Source: Bdellovibrionales bacterium (GTDB lineage Bacteria > Bdellovibrionota > Bdellovibrionia > Bdellovibrionales > UBA1609). Taken from it: 64,000 nucleotides of DNA. Positions within the stretch are counted from its first letter, which is position 1. Every line of letters begins with the position of its first letter. The stretch covers positions 448,001 through 512,000 of the forward strand of contig CBDHDF010000007.1 of NCBI GenBank assembly GCA_965261545.1. Direction: 5' to 3'. A program made the translations under genes and the position numbers. This document shows positions 19,362-30,482 of this stretch, in pieces. The notes beneath the pieces were generated by a model. That model was not told the DNA's origin. It did no database searches and saw only the letters and a list, made by a program, of their open reading frames with translations.

Positions 19362-21608
19362 CTAGGCTCCCATCTTCTCCAAATTGGCTTGGAAAGCATA
19401 TTCCTTATAGCCACGGTTGTCCCGCAGCATCGCATAGCAGATACAGCTCATCTTGCGAGCCAGGGCCACAACAGCCTTATTGGTTCCCCTCCTCGACTCA
19501 ACCTCTAAGGCCCATTTCCGAACAGGATCATCACATTTAGTGCTCTTTTTGAGCCAAGCCCGCGCCCCATGGATGAGATAGCGACGTAATATCTCATTGC
19601 CACTTTTGGTGATGGAGCCCATCATACGAGTGTTTGCTGAAGAGCTAACACTGGGAACTAAACCCAGGTAGCTGGCAAACTTACTGGCATCATCAAAACG
19701 ACTGATATCATCCACCACTGCCACCATAGCCGCAGCCGTGAGAAGACCAACTCCAGGCAAAGTTCTCAATTGTTTTACAGACTCTTTCTCCTGAACTAAA
19801 AACTCAATCCGGTGGGTGATAGACTTTTCTTGCTGTTGGAGGGCTTCGGCCTGACCGTACAATTCCTGAAGCAATGCCGTTTCCTTAAGCCACCACACCC
19901 CTCTGCCTCTGCGTTAAGCTATTTCTTTTAAAAGAACTCCCAGCCCTTTTGATAGACCTTTCATAGCTTCTTTTGAAGTGCCTCCTCTTCTCCATTGAAA
20001 TCTTCATCAGCAACTTTATCTGCTTCCTAAATTTCTGATAGAGCCCCGCAACAAAAAGGGGGATGCTATCCATTATGAAATCAAGAATCAGTTTAAAGTT
20101 AGGTTTTTTGTAGTCATTTTTTACCAACTGATTCACACTGTCTTCATCCTCATTTATGCTCATTTGAATCTTTGTATAATTGAAGAGCCAAAAATAAGAA
20201 TACAGCTCTTGCAATATTCCATTAAGGCTTGTTGAGTGCCACTGCTCCATTTTCATTGTCGATGTAAAATCACGAAATGTCGTTTCTATTTCCCAACGAC
20301 GAGAGTAAAGAGCAACCATATCCTTCTTGTCCAAGGAGCCATGCGGAAGATTAGTGGCCAAAACAGAGAACTCCCCAGTCTTTGGGTTTTTATACTTATA
20401 GAGATGAATGACCACCCCCTCAATAACCATTCGTGAATACCAACCTGGGCCATTAAATAAATTTACGATGGGGATAAAAGTAGAGCCTCGCTTACAACGC
20501 GCAATAACCCTCCTTTAAAAGATCTTTAGAGCGAGGAAGTGCTAATTGGTCGCCATCTATGGCATAGATATAAAAGCCATGAAACGTTTTTCTCAATGGT
20601 TCGTAGTCTGTAATCAGAGATTCAAAGATATTTTTAAAAAATAGGTAAGAAATACTTTGACGTATCTTGCTGAGACTGCTTTTGACTGGCATGAGAAGCA
20701 GGTCACCAAAATGAGTCCATACCGTCTTAAGAGCGATTTGGTAGCCTTCGTAATTTGTTCCGGAAATAAGATAGATAATAGTAAAAAAGAAAATTTGAGG
20801 ATTAAATTTTCGATTCCTTTTTTGTTTTTCTGGATCGACAAGGTGCTCTGGCTTGAAGGAAGAATCAAGTTTTGGTAGAATAAAATGGTCATCTGTGACG
20901 CGAACTCGTCATTTGGGGGCTTTCGAGATCAATATTGGATTGCATGTGACTTACTCCTTGGTTGAGGGTTGGGTGTAAAATAAAACAAGTCTTATTCTTG
21001 TCGATTTATCTAATAATTTCAAGAGATTTTTCTTAAGGAAACGGCATTGATTCCTGAAGAGTGCTGCGAATAAAAGGATTGGGCACTTTGGAAATAGTCG
21101 CTGGTGCTTTCACCCAAAACTGATTTGCTCCCACGGGAATCGTAAGACCCTGTTCCCTCAAAAGACCTCTGATGTGGTTTGTTAAACTCACCCGTGTGCC
21201 TACAGTAAGTTCACGGGAAACGAGCAGACTCTTTATGTCTCTGGAACCAGGACTACGGAGATGAACCTCACAATCACTATCAGGGTTCAGGCGCAGAAAA
21301 GTATTTAAAGCCTTGGCATCCCGCTCGTCGGTTTTCTTGCCGCTGATACCTATGCCCCTAAACTTGTTTGGGTTGATGATGTGAACAGTGTGACCCAAAT
21401 CCTGTAATTTCTGGACATAGGGGTTAACCCCTCCTGTGGCCTCAATGGCTATCTCACAGGGTTCTCTATTTGAGAAATAGCGAGGAAGATTCTTCGTCTG
21501 AATACAACTGACTCTAGGGACTCCTTGAACCATTTCTCCCTTTTGATCTGTAGCATAAAGAACTGAGTTATTCTTGTGAAAATCGACTCCTATGTATAAC
21601 TTGGGCAT
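19362..21608 (-). pseudogene. IS110 recombinase split by an IS4 insertion
   Basis: N-part IGVDFHK/IEATG/KTDERDA; C-part LPGVG, YLGLVPSVSSS, YLIHGARA; removing the IS4 plus one TSD restores STLQELYGQ (352 aa). Confidence 0.9.
19872..21049 (-). mobile_element. IS4-family element with decayed transposase
   Basis: Perfect 18-bp IR CAATGCCGTTTCCTTAAG; 10-bp TSD ATTCCTGAAG; fragments with YAIDG and YSRRWEIETTFR in different frames; only 1178 bp long. Confidence 0.9.
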
Positions 21609-21709
21609 TGCCGCTCCTTTCGTTTGTGAGCCTTTTGAGCTCGGTTTTTGTGTGGATAAGTATAACAACTTAGACCACGATGAAAAGGGGCGGCACTTCC
21701 ATGCCTCCA

Positions 21710-22179
21710 GAAGAAAGTCACAATCAAATGAGGTTATTGTAGTTTATTGAGAGACCTCTCGGATGACCTCGTTCAAGACGATTGGGTAGAAAAGCGGTTG
21801 CCCGACCCAAGTCCGAGTTCTAATGCTAGTATCCCTGCAACCCATCTCTTTTGAGACTCACTTAAAGTGGGAATCACTTTGAGCCATTCTCTACCTATTC
21901 CCTGAATAGAAATTAAACACTGTATGCCAAAAAATGTAACTTTTTCCAATTCAAGATTGTCTATAGGTCAATATAATATGAAATAATATGAAATATGTAT
22001 TTCCATAATTTTCATGAATATATTACATTTATGAAAGGTTATAATATTTTCTTAATAAAAAATTTTAACAAAACACAACTGTAAGATTGACTATTAGTGG
22101 TTATTTCTATATTCATTTTTACGACTGATCGGACCCTCATTTATAGAAGCTTGTGGATTCACAATTTTATTCACAATTC
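21710..22179. repeat. 470-bp direct repeat, copy 2 (intact; shows the empty IS66 site)
   Basis: Matches copy 1 with a single AAAAATTT. Confidence 0.93.
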
Positions 22180-22396
22180 TATACTGTCCTCTTGAAGAGG
22201 CTTAGGTGTGAGAAGTTACAAATAAAGTTAAGTCGTTAAGAAAGAATAAAAATAAACAATCATTTTTTTAAATAACTTGGACTGGAGGTATCATCAAACA
22301 AAGTAAATTTATTTAACAAATAATTATTTTTTTATAAACTTAAAAGTAATAATAAACTTAAAAGTAATAATTTAGATAATTTTAAACTTTATTTAA

Positions 22397-23146
22397 ATGA
22401 AAAGGAGTTATACTATGATAAAATTAAAAGTGGTAATTAGATCTATTTTTATTTTCAGCTTATTTCAAATGATTATGATTTCTTCATCTCAAGCCGATTC
22501 TGAAGCGCAAAATACTCAGCAGGTTGATGGTTGGTACATTTCAGGAAGTGTCGTCAGACCTTTAAATACAGACAATGATTTTTCAGTTGAAGACTCTGCT
22601 CTTGACCGTTCAGGAAATGTGAGCTTGAGTGCAGATGGTATCGGTATGAGTTTGGCTCTTGGACGTAAAATCAATGAGAACATTCGTATAGAAGGTGAAC
22701 TTTTTTGGGTGCCTCGTAGTCTTGATAATGCAACATATTCTAGTGTGTCGAGACCTGGTCTTGGTCTTGTAGACATGGTAAATAAAACAAGTGAAATATC
22801 AGGAGATACAGATACACAAGGTGCTATGCTCAATTTCGCCTATGATTTTGATACGGGAACTCCTTTCAAACCTTATGTTGCTGTTGGTGTGGGCTTTGCT
22901 AAAGTTGAACTCGATGGTACAGTCACAATCCTAGGCCGAGAAGGTACTCTTTCAGGTTCCGATACAGTTCTTGCTCTTCAAGGGCAGGTAGGTATGGCCT
23001 ACGAAGTAGCTGAGAATACAAATCTTATTTTTGTCTATCGACTTCTTAGCCTTCAAGATGGTGAAGTCGAAGATTCACGCGGTACTACAAAAGTGGATGG
23101 AAACACCCATGATGAAATCATGGTAGGAATTCGATACCACTTTTAG
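22397..23146 (+). CDS. outer-membrane beta-barrel protein (OmpA/opacity-like)
   Basis: Signal peptide, GWYISG, RIEGE, NFAYDF, KPYVAVGVG, terminal GIRYHF. Confidence 0.85.
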   Translation: MKRSYTMIKLKVVIRSIFIFSLFQMIMISSSQADSEAQNTQQVDGWYISGSVVRPLNTDNDFSVEDSALDRSGNVSLSADGIGMSLALGRKINENIRIEGELFWVPRSLDNATYSSVSRPGLGLVDMVNKTSEISGDTDTQGAMLNFAYDFDTGTPFKPYVAVGVGFAKVELDGTVTILGREGTLSGSDTVLALQGQVGMAYEVAENTNLIFVYRLLSLQDGEVEDSRGTTKVDGNTHDEIMVGIRYHF

Positions 23147-23236
23147 TTCAAGCTAAGTTATTCAAGAGTGTGCGCATTTTCAAAGAAAGAATGCGCATTC
23201 TCAGTGTCTGAAATTACTAGACTTACTAAGGTAGGG

Positions 23237-24184
23237 CTAGGGCCCTCTCAAGTGAGGCCAATATGTGGCTGTGGTCACCTTTGAGGGTAGCGCCCTTCCC
23301 ACTTTTTCTTCTATCCAAGGCTTGATATCTATGAGCTTTTTAAGGTCAATCCCCGTTTCAAGGCCCATCCCATGAAGCATATAAACCAGATCTTCTGTGG
23401 GAAGGTTCCCCGTGGCCCCCTTGGCATAGGGGCAGCCTCCCAAGCCCCCCAAACTGGAGTCAAAAATTGTAACTTCATGAGACAAAGCTGCCATCACATT
23501 GGCCAAGGCCATTCCTCTTGTGTCATGCAAATGAAGAGCCACTTTGCTCAAGGGAAGCCCTTGGATATCAAATGCATTCAATAATTTATTGATCTGCCCC
23601 GGAGTAGCCACACCAATGGTATCTCCAACGGAAATTTCGTAGACACCGAGATGAAACATTCTTTGGGTGAGTTCCACCACCTGCCTTACAGAAACCCTTC
23701 CTTCATAGGGACAACCAAAAGCCGTGCTCAAGTAACCACGCACTCGAATATTGTTTTTTTGAGCCAGTTCTATAATTTTTTGAAATCGCTGGAAACTTTC
23801 TTCAACATTACAGTTAATATTTTTTTGAGAAAAAGTGTTGGAGCAAGCCCCAAAGATAGCAATCTCTTTCACAAACGTATCCATGGCCTGAAGCATCCCA
23901 TTTTCATTGGGAACTAAAACAGAATAGTCTTCAGAGACTCTTAATTTTTCAAGAATTTTTTCTGTGTTTGCCATTTGGGGGACCCACTTTGGGGAAACAA
24001 AGGCCCCAACCTCAATTTTTTGGAGACCCGTGGAAGATAGTTTCTGTATAAACTCCACTCGAGTGTCCACAGGCAAAGATTTGACTTCGTTTTGAAGCCC
24101 ATCTCTCGCCCCCACCTCAACAATTTTTATAAAATTTCTCGCCTCCATGTTTTCTGTCATGCCGTCCTTCACACCTTCTGTCAT
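23237..24184 (-). CDS. liuE: hydroxymethylglutaryl-CoA lyase
   Basis: EVGARDGLQNE, HLHDTRG, GGCPYAKGATGN. Confidence 0.93.
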   Translation of the reverse strand: MTEGVKDGMTENMEARNFIKIVEVGARDGLQNEVKSLPVDTRVEFIQKLSSTGLQKIEVGAFVSPKWVPQMANTEKILEKLRVSEDYSVLVPNENGMLQAMDTFVKEIAIFGACSNTFSQKNINCNVEESFQRFQKIIELAQKNNIRVRGYLSTAFGCPYEGRVSVRQVVELTQRMFHLGVYEISVGDTIGVATPGQINKLLNAFDIQGLPLSKVALHLHDTRGMALANVMAALSHEVTIFDSSLGGLGGCPYAKGATGNLPTEDLVYMLHGMGLETGIDLKKLIDIKPWIEEKVGRALPSKVTTATYWPHLRGP

Positions 24185-24594
24185 TTGATAAGCACCAATT
24201 CTTGATCAAGAGCCACTTGCTGGCCTTCCCGACACGATATCTTGTGGACTCTTCCAGAAATTTCGGCGCAAAGACTGTATTCCATTTTCATGGCCTCCAT
24301 AACCACCACCCTGTGACCAACTTCTACGCTTTCACCCTCAGAAACATCAATTTTAATAATTTTTCCTGGCATGGGAGCCGATAAAAGGCCACTAGAAGCC
24401 TTAAGCTTTCGGCGACGGGCTCTTTGAATATGCGAGGCTTGTAGCACTTGAGGCGAGGACGAGTGGGACACAGTCACGTTTTCACACTCCCAGACAAAGG
24501 TTTTCCCACGGGCATGAATCCATAACTGAGACTCAGATTTTTCTACCCACACTCGAAGCTTTTTTCCCTGGTAATCAATTTCTAAAAACTTCAT
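24181..24594 (-). CDS. biotin carboxyl carrier subunit
   Basis: APMPG and EAMKM biotinylation motif. Confidence 0.9.
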   Translation of the reverse strand: MKFLEIDYQGKKLRVWVEKSESQLWIHARGKTFVWECENVTVSHSSSPQVLQASHIQRARRRKLKASSGLLSAPMPGKIIKIDVSEGESVEVGHRVVVMEAMKMEYSLCAEISGRVHKISCREGQQVALDQELVLIK

Positions 24595-26219
24595 GAATGG
24601 TTTCCCCTATTATTTACCTCGCCTTTATGAACTCCATGACTTTCATTATCTCCACTCTTCCCACAACCACTATTATTTCCACCATCCCCATGGCCTGCCC
24701 ATGGACTCATCCATGGGTTGGAATTGGAAAAATTCCATGGTTTTATGGAGGCGTTCCATGGCTCTTTGGAACTTTCTTCTCCTGAACTTTCTTCTCCTGA
24801 ACTCTCTCCCATTTTTTGATTTAGAATCTCAGCAACTTCTTTGTCAGAGCTTGAAATCTCTTCTCCTTCTAAACCTTGGGGAAAATTTTCTTGAATAAAC
24901 CCCGTGGTCATCTCACCTGAAACAAAATCAGGGTGGGATAGGATTCTTTGTAGATAGGGGATATTTGTTTTAAGACCAAAGATCACTGTATCCTCTAAAG
25001 TCCTCATCATCTGACGAATGGCACGAACTCTTGTTTCCCCCCAAACAACGACCTTCGCTATCATCGAATCGTAATAGGCTGTTATTTCATCCTTGGCTTC
25101 AAAGCCCACTTCAAAACGTCGGCCGGGCCCGTGAGGCCAATGACAGCCTCCCAAAACACCCGTGCTAGGCAATCCATTTTTATAGGGATCCTCTGCATAA
25201 ATGCGACATTCTATAGCATGCCCCCGTGGCAACAGCTCTTCTTGATGCCACATGGGACTCTGCCCTTGGGCCACAAGAATTTGGGCTTTGACTAAATCCA
25301 CACCAAGAATAAACTCTGTCACTGGATGCTCCACCTGCAAACGAGTATTCATTTCTAGAAAATAAAACTTACCATCCTCCACGAGAAATTCCACAGTTCC
25401 AGCCCCTACATACTGGGCTTTCTTTGCAATATTGACCGCTGTTTGAACCATTTTCTCCTTGAGTTCGAAACCCACCAAGCAAGAAGTTGCCTCTTCAATG
25501 ATTTTTTGGTGCCTTCTTTGAATAGAGCATTCCCGGTCCCACAAATTGTAAATACGCCCTCCCGGTTCACCAAAAATCTGAAACTCAACATGCTTAGCGT
25601 GGGTGAGATATTTTTCTAAAAACACCTGCTCTGAACCAAAGGCGTTGAGACATTCTCTGCGTGCCGATTCAATCGCTTCCCCAATTTCATCGCTTTTGTG
25701 AATAACTTTGAGGCCACGACCTCCACCGCCTCCCGCCGCCTTAACCATGACAGGATAGCCTATTTTTTGGGCAGCAAGACAAAGAGACTCCAGACTTTGG
25801 CTTGCTCCAAAATCACCAGAGATCGTGGGAGCGCCCACTTCTTGCACAAGTTTTTTTGCTGAAATTTTATCTCCGAAAAGTTTTATGCTCTCAGCACTGG
25901 GCCCCACAAAAATGAGATTATTTTCTACACAGGCTTTGGCAAAATCGGCATTCTCAGAAAGAAAACCAAAACCCGGATGAATGGCGTCAGCCTCGGCACT
26001 CAAGGCGCCGTGAATAACATTTTCTATATTTAAATAGCTTTCTAGGACAAAGGGGGGACCAATGCATACTCTGTGATCGGCCACCCGATAAGCCATGGTG
26101 TTCACATCCACCTCGGAGTGAAGCAGCACACTTTGAATTCCCATATCTTGGCAAGCTCGTATGATTCTTAGAGCAATTTCGCCTCTATTTGCAATGGCAA
26201 GCTTTTGAATACGCCTCAT
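24591..26219 (-). CDS. biotin carboxylase (methylcrotonyl-CoA carboxylase alpha, BC part)
   Basis: ANRGEIA, GGGGRG, RECSIQRRHQK, EMNTRLQVEH; no biotinyl domain. Confidence 0.9.
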   Translation of the reverse strand: MRRIQKLAIANRGEIALRIIRACQDMGIQSVLLHSEVDVNTMAYRVADHRVCIGPPFVLESYLNIENVIHGALSAEADAIHPGFGFLSENADFAKACVENNLIFVGPSAESIKLFGDKISAKKLVQEVGAPTISGDFGASQSLESLCLAAQKIGYPVMVKAAGGGGGRGLKVIHKSDEIGEAIESARRECLNAFGSEQVFLEKYLTHAKHVEFQIFGEPGGRIYNLWDRECSIQRRHQKIIEEATSCLVGFELKEKMVQTAVNIAKKAQYVGAGTVEFLVEDGKFYFLEMNTRLQVEHPVTEFILGVDLVKAQILVAQGQSPMWHQEELLPRGHAIECRIYAEDPYKNGLPSTGVLGGCHWPHGPGRRFEVGFEAKDEITAYYDSMIAKVVVWGETRVRAIRQMMRTLEDTVIFGLKTNIPYLQRILSHPDFVSGEMTTGFIQENFPQGLEGEEISSSDKEVAEILNQKMGESSGEESSGEESSKEPWNASIKPWNFSNSNPWMSPWAGHGDGGNNSGCGKSGDNESHGVHKGEVNNRGNHS

Positions 26220-27133
26220 ACCCCAGAACCTCGCTTTTCCCGACCAGAGCTTTGTTTTTTTAGAAATGACTGAAGACCCCTTTGCCCTTCAACACTCACC
26301 CTTCTCTCGGCAATGGTTCTCGTCACCTCACCCTTGATATCGCCCCAGGACTTCCCTGAATAATGACTTAAGCAACCGTTGGTAAGTTTCTTTGTGGCTC
26401 GAACAGCTTCTAGCCCTGAGGATAAAAACCGATCCAAAGTTTTTTGAACCATTTCATCCACCTCTTTCAAAGAGCCCACACCATGAATAAGACGAGACTC
26501 CTTGGCCTCACTAGGTCCAAAGAATTGTCCCGTCAACATCCATGAAGAGACTATGGATGAACAACCAACTTTGTTAAAAACAAAAGGACTAATCACAGCA
26601 GGAGCCAATCCCAGCTTGACCTCGCTGAAGCAGAATCTTGTTTTTGATTCAGCAAAAGCTATATCGCAAATGGCCACCAAGCCAAGAGCACCTCCCATAA
26701 CATAACCATGGAGCTTTCCTACAATCGGGCAGGGGCAGTGGAGGCCCGCTTCAAACATCTCAAAGAGTTGACATGAATCGGCCACATTTTCTTCAAACTT
26801 GTAATTCACCATAGACTTCATCCAATTTAAATCAGCTCCTGCACTAAAACTAGGTCCTCTTCCCTGCAAAACAAGAGCATGACAACTTTTATCCACATGG
26901 GTGAAAACTTCGGTCAATGCTGCAATCATGGATGGATTCAAGGCATTGTGTAAGTGGGGACGATTTAAGTCGACATATAAAATAGAGTTCTGTTTTGTCA
27001 CAAGGAGAGTGGGTTCATTTTTTTCTGTCTTGAGTGTTTCTAGTGTCTCTGGTACTCCTCGTGTCTCTTCGGCTCCCGTTCGCATTTCTTTTTTCGTCAT
27101 AGGTTCTCCCAACACCATAAATACACCCCACAA
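26216..27133 (-). CDS. liuC: methylglutaconyl-CoA hydratase (crotonase family)
   Basis: FSAGADLNWM, GGALGL, SEVKLGL; liu context. Confidence 0.85.
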   Translation of the reverse strand: MWGVFMVLGEPMTKKEMRTGAEETRGVPETLETLKTEKNEPTLLVTKQNSILYVDLNRPHLHNALNPSMIAALTEVFTHVDKSCHALVLQGRGPSFSAGADLNWMKSMVNYKFEENVADSCQLFEMFEAGLHCPCPIVGKLHGYVMGGALGLVAICDIAFAESKTRFCFSEVKLGLAPAVISPFVFNKVGCSSIVSSWMLTGQFFGPSEAKESRLIHGVGSLKEVDEMVQKTLDRFLSSGLEAVRATKKLTNGCLSHYSGKSWGDIKGEVTRTIAERRVSVEGQRGLQSFLKKQSSGREKRGSGV

Positions 27134-27207
27134 CCACCCTACAGCCTAACCCCGCTCACCCACAATAATCACCACACACACACTCTCTCTCTCGATACAA
27201 CTCCATT

Positions 27208-28836
27208 CTACATTCTAAAGACACCCTGTTGTGGCTCTGGCCATGGGGCATTCATGGAGGCTGAGAGGCCAAGGGCGAGAACTTTACGTGTATCTACGGG
27301 ATCGATAATACCATCATCCCAAATATGCGCTGTTGAATAATAAGCTGAGGATTCTTTTTCATATTTCTTAAGAATAGGATCCTTAAATTCATTTTGTTCA
27401 TGGAGGGACATGGGGTCGTTTTTCTTCTGATCCATTTTAACGGTGAGAAGGACATTGGCCGCCTGCTCTCCCCCCATGACAGAAATCCGAGCGTTGGGCC
27501 ACATCCAAAGCTGCCTGGGCTGAAAGGCCCGACCACACATACCGTAATTTCCAGCTCCATAGGAACCACCAACCACAACAGTGAATTTGGGAACGCAAGC
27601 ATTGCTCACAGCCATCACCATTTTGGCACCATGCTTGGCAATTCCTTCGTTCTCATATTTTTGTCCCACCATAAAGCCTGTTATGTTTTGTAAAAATATA
27701 AGAGGTATTTTTCTCTGACTGCAAAGCTCTATAAAGTGAGTCGCTTTCATAGCACTTTCACTAAATAAAACTCCATTATTGGCGACAATACCCACGGGAT
27801 AACCCCATATGTGGGCCCAACATGTAATAATTGTGGAACCATAATTTTCTTTAAACTCATGAAAGAAACTTTGGTCCACAAGACGTGCCACAATTTCTTT
27901 CATATCAAAGGGAAGCCGGGGGTCTTTGGAGACAATACCATAAATTTCTTGGGCCTTGTAAGTGGGATCAATCACAGGCCTTGTGTTGATCTGAACTTGT
28001 TTTTGACGATTTAAGTACGTCACAATCAGACGGGCGAGTTCTAGGGCCTCTTCATCGTTTTCAGCAAAGTGATCGGTCACTCCCGATTTCTTACAATGAA
28101 CATGGGCACCACCTAAATCTTCAGATGTCACTTCCTCACCTGTTGCAGCTTTGACAAGGGGGGGGCCTCCAAGAAATATCGTACCTGTATCTTTGACAAT
28201 AATATTTTCGTCACTCATGGCAGGAAGGTAAGCTCCACCTGCTGTACAACTTCCCATGACCACAGAAATTTGAGGAATCTTTTGAGCAGACATACGAGCT
28301 TGATTATAAAAGATTCGGCCAAAGTGATCTCGATCGGGAAACACCTCATCTTGCATGGGTAGAAAAGCTCCCCCACTATCTACAAGGTACAAACAGGGCA
28401 AGTGGTTTTCCATAGCTATCTCTTGGGCACGCAAGTGCTTTTTAACGGTCATGGGGAAGTAGGCCCCCCCTTTGACTGTGGCATCATTGGCAATAATAAT
28501 GCACTCCTGACCACTGATAAGACCCATGCCCGTGACAATGCCAGCACAAGGAGCTTGGTTTTTGTACATTCCCCAAGCAGCAAGACTTGAAAATTCCAAG
28601 AAGCTCGCCCCCTCATCTATGAGCTTATCAATACGCTCCCGGGCCGTTTGTTTTCCCCGAAAACGATGCTTTTCTATGGCTTGAGTCCCTCCCCCTTTTC
28701 TCACTTCATCTTGATTTTTTTGCCATTGCTTTACCAGCTGTCGCATCGCTTTATAGTTATCAGAATACTGTGACGAAGAGGCGTCCACCTGGCTATCCCA
28801 CTGGTAATATTGACTTGAGTTTTTGTCTGCACTCAA
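27208..28836 (-). CDS. liuB: methylcrotonyl-CoA carboxylase beta (carboxyltransferase)
   Basis: [39 protein letters not shown] terminus. Confidence 0.93.
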   Translation of the reverse strand: MSADKNSSQYYQWDSQVDASSSQYSDNYKAMRQLVKQWQKNQDEVRKGGGTQAIEKHRFRGKQTARERIDKLIDEGASFLEFSSLAAWGMYKNQAPCAGIVTGMGLISGQECIIIANDATVKGGAYFPMTVKKHLRAQEIAMENHLPCLYLVDSGGAFLPMQDEVFPDRDHFGRIFYNQARMSAQKIPQISVVMGSCTAGGAYLPAMSDENIIVKDTGTIFLGGPPLVKAATGEEVTSEDLGGAHVHCKKSGVTDHFAENDEEALELARLIVTYLNRQKQVQINTRPVIDPTYKAQEIYGIVSKDPRLPFDMKEIVARLVDQSFFHEFKENYGSTIITCWAHIWGYPVGIVANNGVLFSESAMKATHFIELCSQRKIPLIFLQNITGFMVGQKYENEGIAKHGAKMVMAVSNACVPKFTVVVGGSYGAGNYGMCGRAFQPRQLWMWPNARISVMGGEQAANVLLTVKMDQKKNDPMSLHEQNEFKDPILKKYEKESSAYYSTAHIWDDGIIDPVDTRKVLALGLSASMNAPWPEPQQGVFRM

Positions 28837-28909
28837 GGCCTCCTCCTTTCACTTTTTGTAACACCATGGCACTGTCAGAATGGCGTGTTAATGGCAGGCC
28901 CCCTAAGTA

Positions 28910-30241
28910 TCACGGAATCTCAGGAACCGTGCTCTCTTTTAGAAAAAACTTGGAAAAAGAAAGCTCACCAGAATCGTCTTTTGGTTCATCATCGTCGTAA
29001 CGCTCTACTTCGAGGAGGCGTTTTTTATTGCGCTCTGCATAATAATTTCTATATACGATGTTATTTATTCCTCTAGTTGCATAAAGTCCATTGCCCTTTA
29101 AAAATTGAGCTGTATCTAGTGTCGCCATGAGGCTGTCTGTAAAATAACTCTTACTTCGTTGACTCCATTTTAAAGGCGTGCTGAATTCTATATTCATGAA
29201 ATTCCTGTTTGATTCTTTACTCACAAGACCCATCAGATAGGGGGAGCTCACAACACGATCCAGGTTTGAAAAATGCGGATAGCCCTCCCTTGCCAGTGCT
29301 GAGTTTTCGATAAGAAATCTATCTGCAAAAGAAGGTCTGTTCCCACAAGAAGCACCTCCCAGACATGCAAACAAAGTAATGGTACTTACCTGCTCCACCC
29401 CCAGTGAATCTATTTCATTTACACGATGAAGTAAATGACCAAGGAAACTCTCTGGGCCCATATATGTTCCTCTTCCAGCAATCGCTACCACATCTTGGCT
29501 TCCATGAGCATTGACTACAATGGATCCCAAACGAACATCCTCAGAAAATATATGCCCTCTCACTGGCGTCGTATCAGCTAAGGCAAGATCACCAAACACG
29601 ATTCCCCTAGGATCACCTGAGGCAGTAGATCTATACCTACTCGTAAATTCCATCATTGATGTATAATATGTGTCAGTACTACTCACTTTCTGATTAAGCC
29701 AAAGGGTGAGGTATTGTGGTTGTGCCCCTGTGGGATCCGTAAAATTGGTGGGATTACTGTTGCTGTAAATGTAAGGAGATTCATTGTACCTAGATGGGTC
29801 CATACTTGTAAATCGAAGAGTATTTGGGTCGTATTCTCTTTGATAGAAGTGGTAGTTATTGAATCCGGAATTCATGGGTTGACCCACGTAGCGATACTGC
29901 ACAGAATCCACGTCGCCCGTAGAAATCGTCTCTCCATAGGGAGTGTAGTCAAAGCTTCCCAATAGACTGTTGTCTTCTTTAAGGACAACCCTAGTGGAGC
30001 GTCCATGGTCCGCAAGCAAATAGCCTGTTTCACCGTTTGCCACTTGGGCCAATATCTGGCCTCCAGGGCCAAAAATATGAAGCGTTTGGGTTTGAGTCTG
30101 CCCTTGAGTAAAAATCTCTACAAGGGGGTGACGTCCTGATCCATAAATAGTGGATACAGTTTGGGCCGAAAGAGTATGTGCCCAAAAAAAGAAAATTAAA
30201 AATTTCAATATAACCTTCAAGTTTTTTTCCGCATTTATCAC
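28910..30241 (-). CDS. short RHS repeat-associated core protein with C-terminal putative cysteine protease
   Basis: Signal peptide; DYTPYG, REYDP..RFTSMDP, YIYSNSNPTNFTDPTG core end; tip with NAHGS and LFAC. Confidence 0.8.
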   Translation of the reverse strand: MINAEKNLKVILKFLIFFFWAHTLSAQTVSTIYGSGRHPLVEIFTQGQTQTQTLHIFGPGGQILAQVANGETGYLLADHGRSTRVVLKEDNSLLGSFDYTPYGETISTGDVDSVQYRYVGQPMNSGFNNYHFYQREYDPNTLRFTSMDPSRYNESPYIYSNSNPTNFTDPTGAQPQYLTLWLNQKVSSTDTYYTSMMEFTSRYRSTASGDPRGIVFGDLALADTTPVRGHIFSEDVRLGSIVVNAHGSQDVVAIAGRGTYMGPESFLGHLLHRVNEIDSLGVEQVSTITLFACLGGASCGNRPSFADRFLIENSALAREGYPHFSNLDRVVSSPYLMGLVSKESNRNFMNIEFSTPLKWSQRSKSYFTDSLMATLDTAQFLKGNGLYATRGINNIVYRNYYAERNKKRLLEVERYDDDEPKDDSGELSFSKFFLKESTVPEIP

Positions 30242-30482
30242 TTGTTTACTGTTTGCGAAATTAAGCCTAACATAAGGTGACTCTACTTTAATTGTTTTAA
30301 TTTCAATTGTGTCAATTGATACTGCTCGTCATTTCAAGCCTATTCATCATAGGTTTTAGGATTATTTGTCATAAACTCGCATTTTCTCGCCTTCTCTTAC
30401 TTTGTCTTTGGTCTTCCCCGTTTTCCTCAAATTTTTAATTTAATGATAGACGTCTTTTGGGCTCCTCTATATTCTCTGGCCT

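Larger units (their letters stand above)
18499..21709 (-). mobile_element. IS1111-type IS110 element
   Basis: 14-bp subterminal IRs ATGGAAGTGCCGCC (18506-18519) and GGCGGCACTTCCAT (21689-21702), each 3 nt inside a TCCA found at both junctions; DEDD recombinase. Confidence 0.85.
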
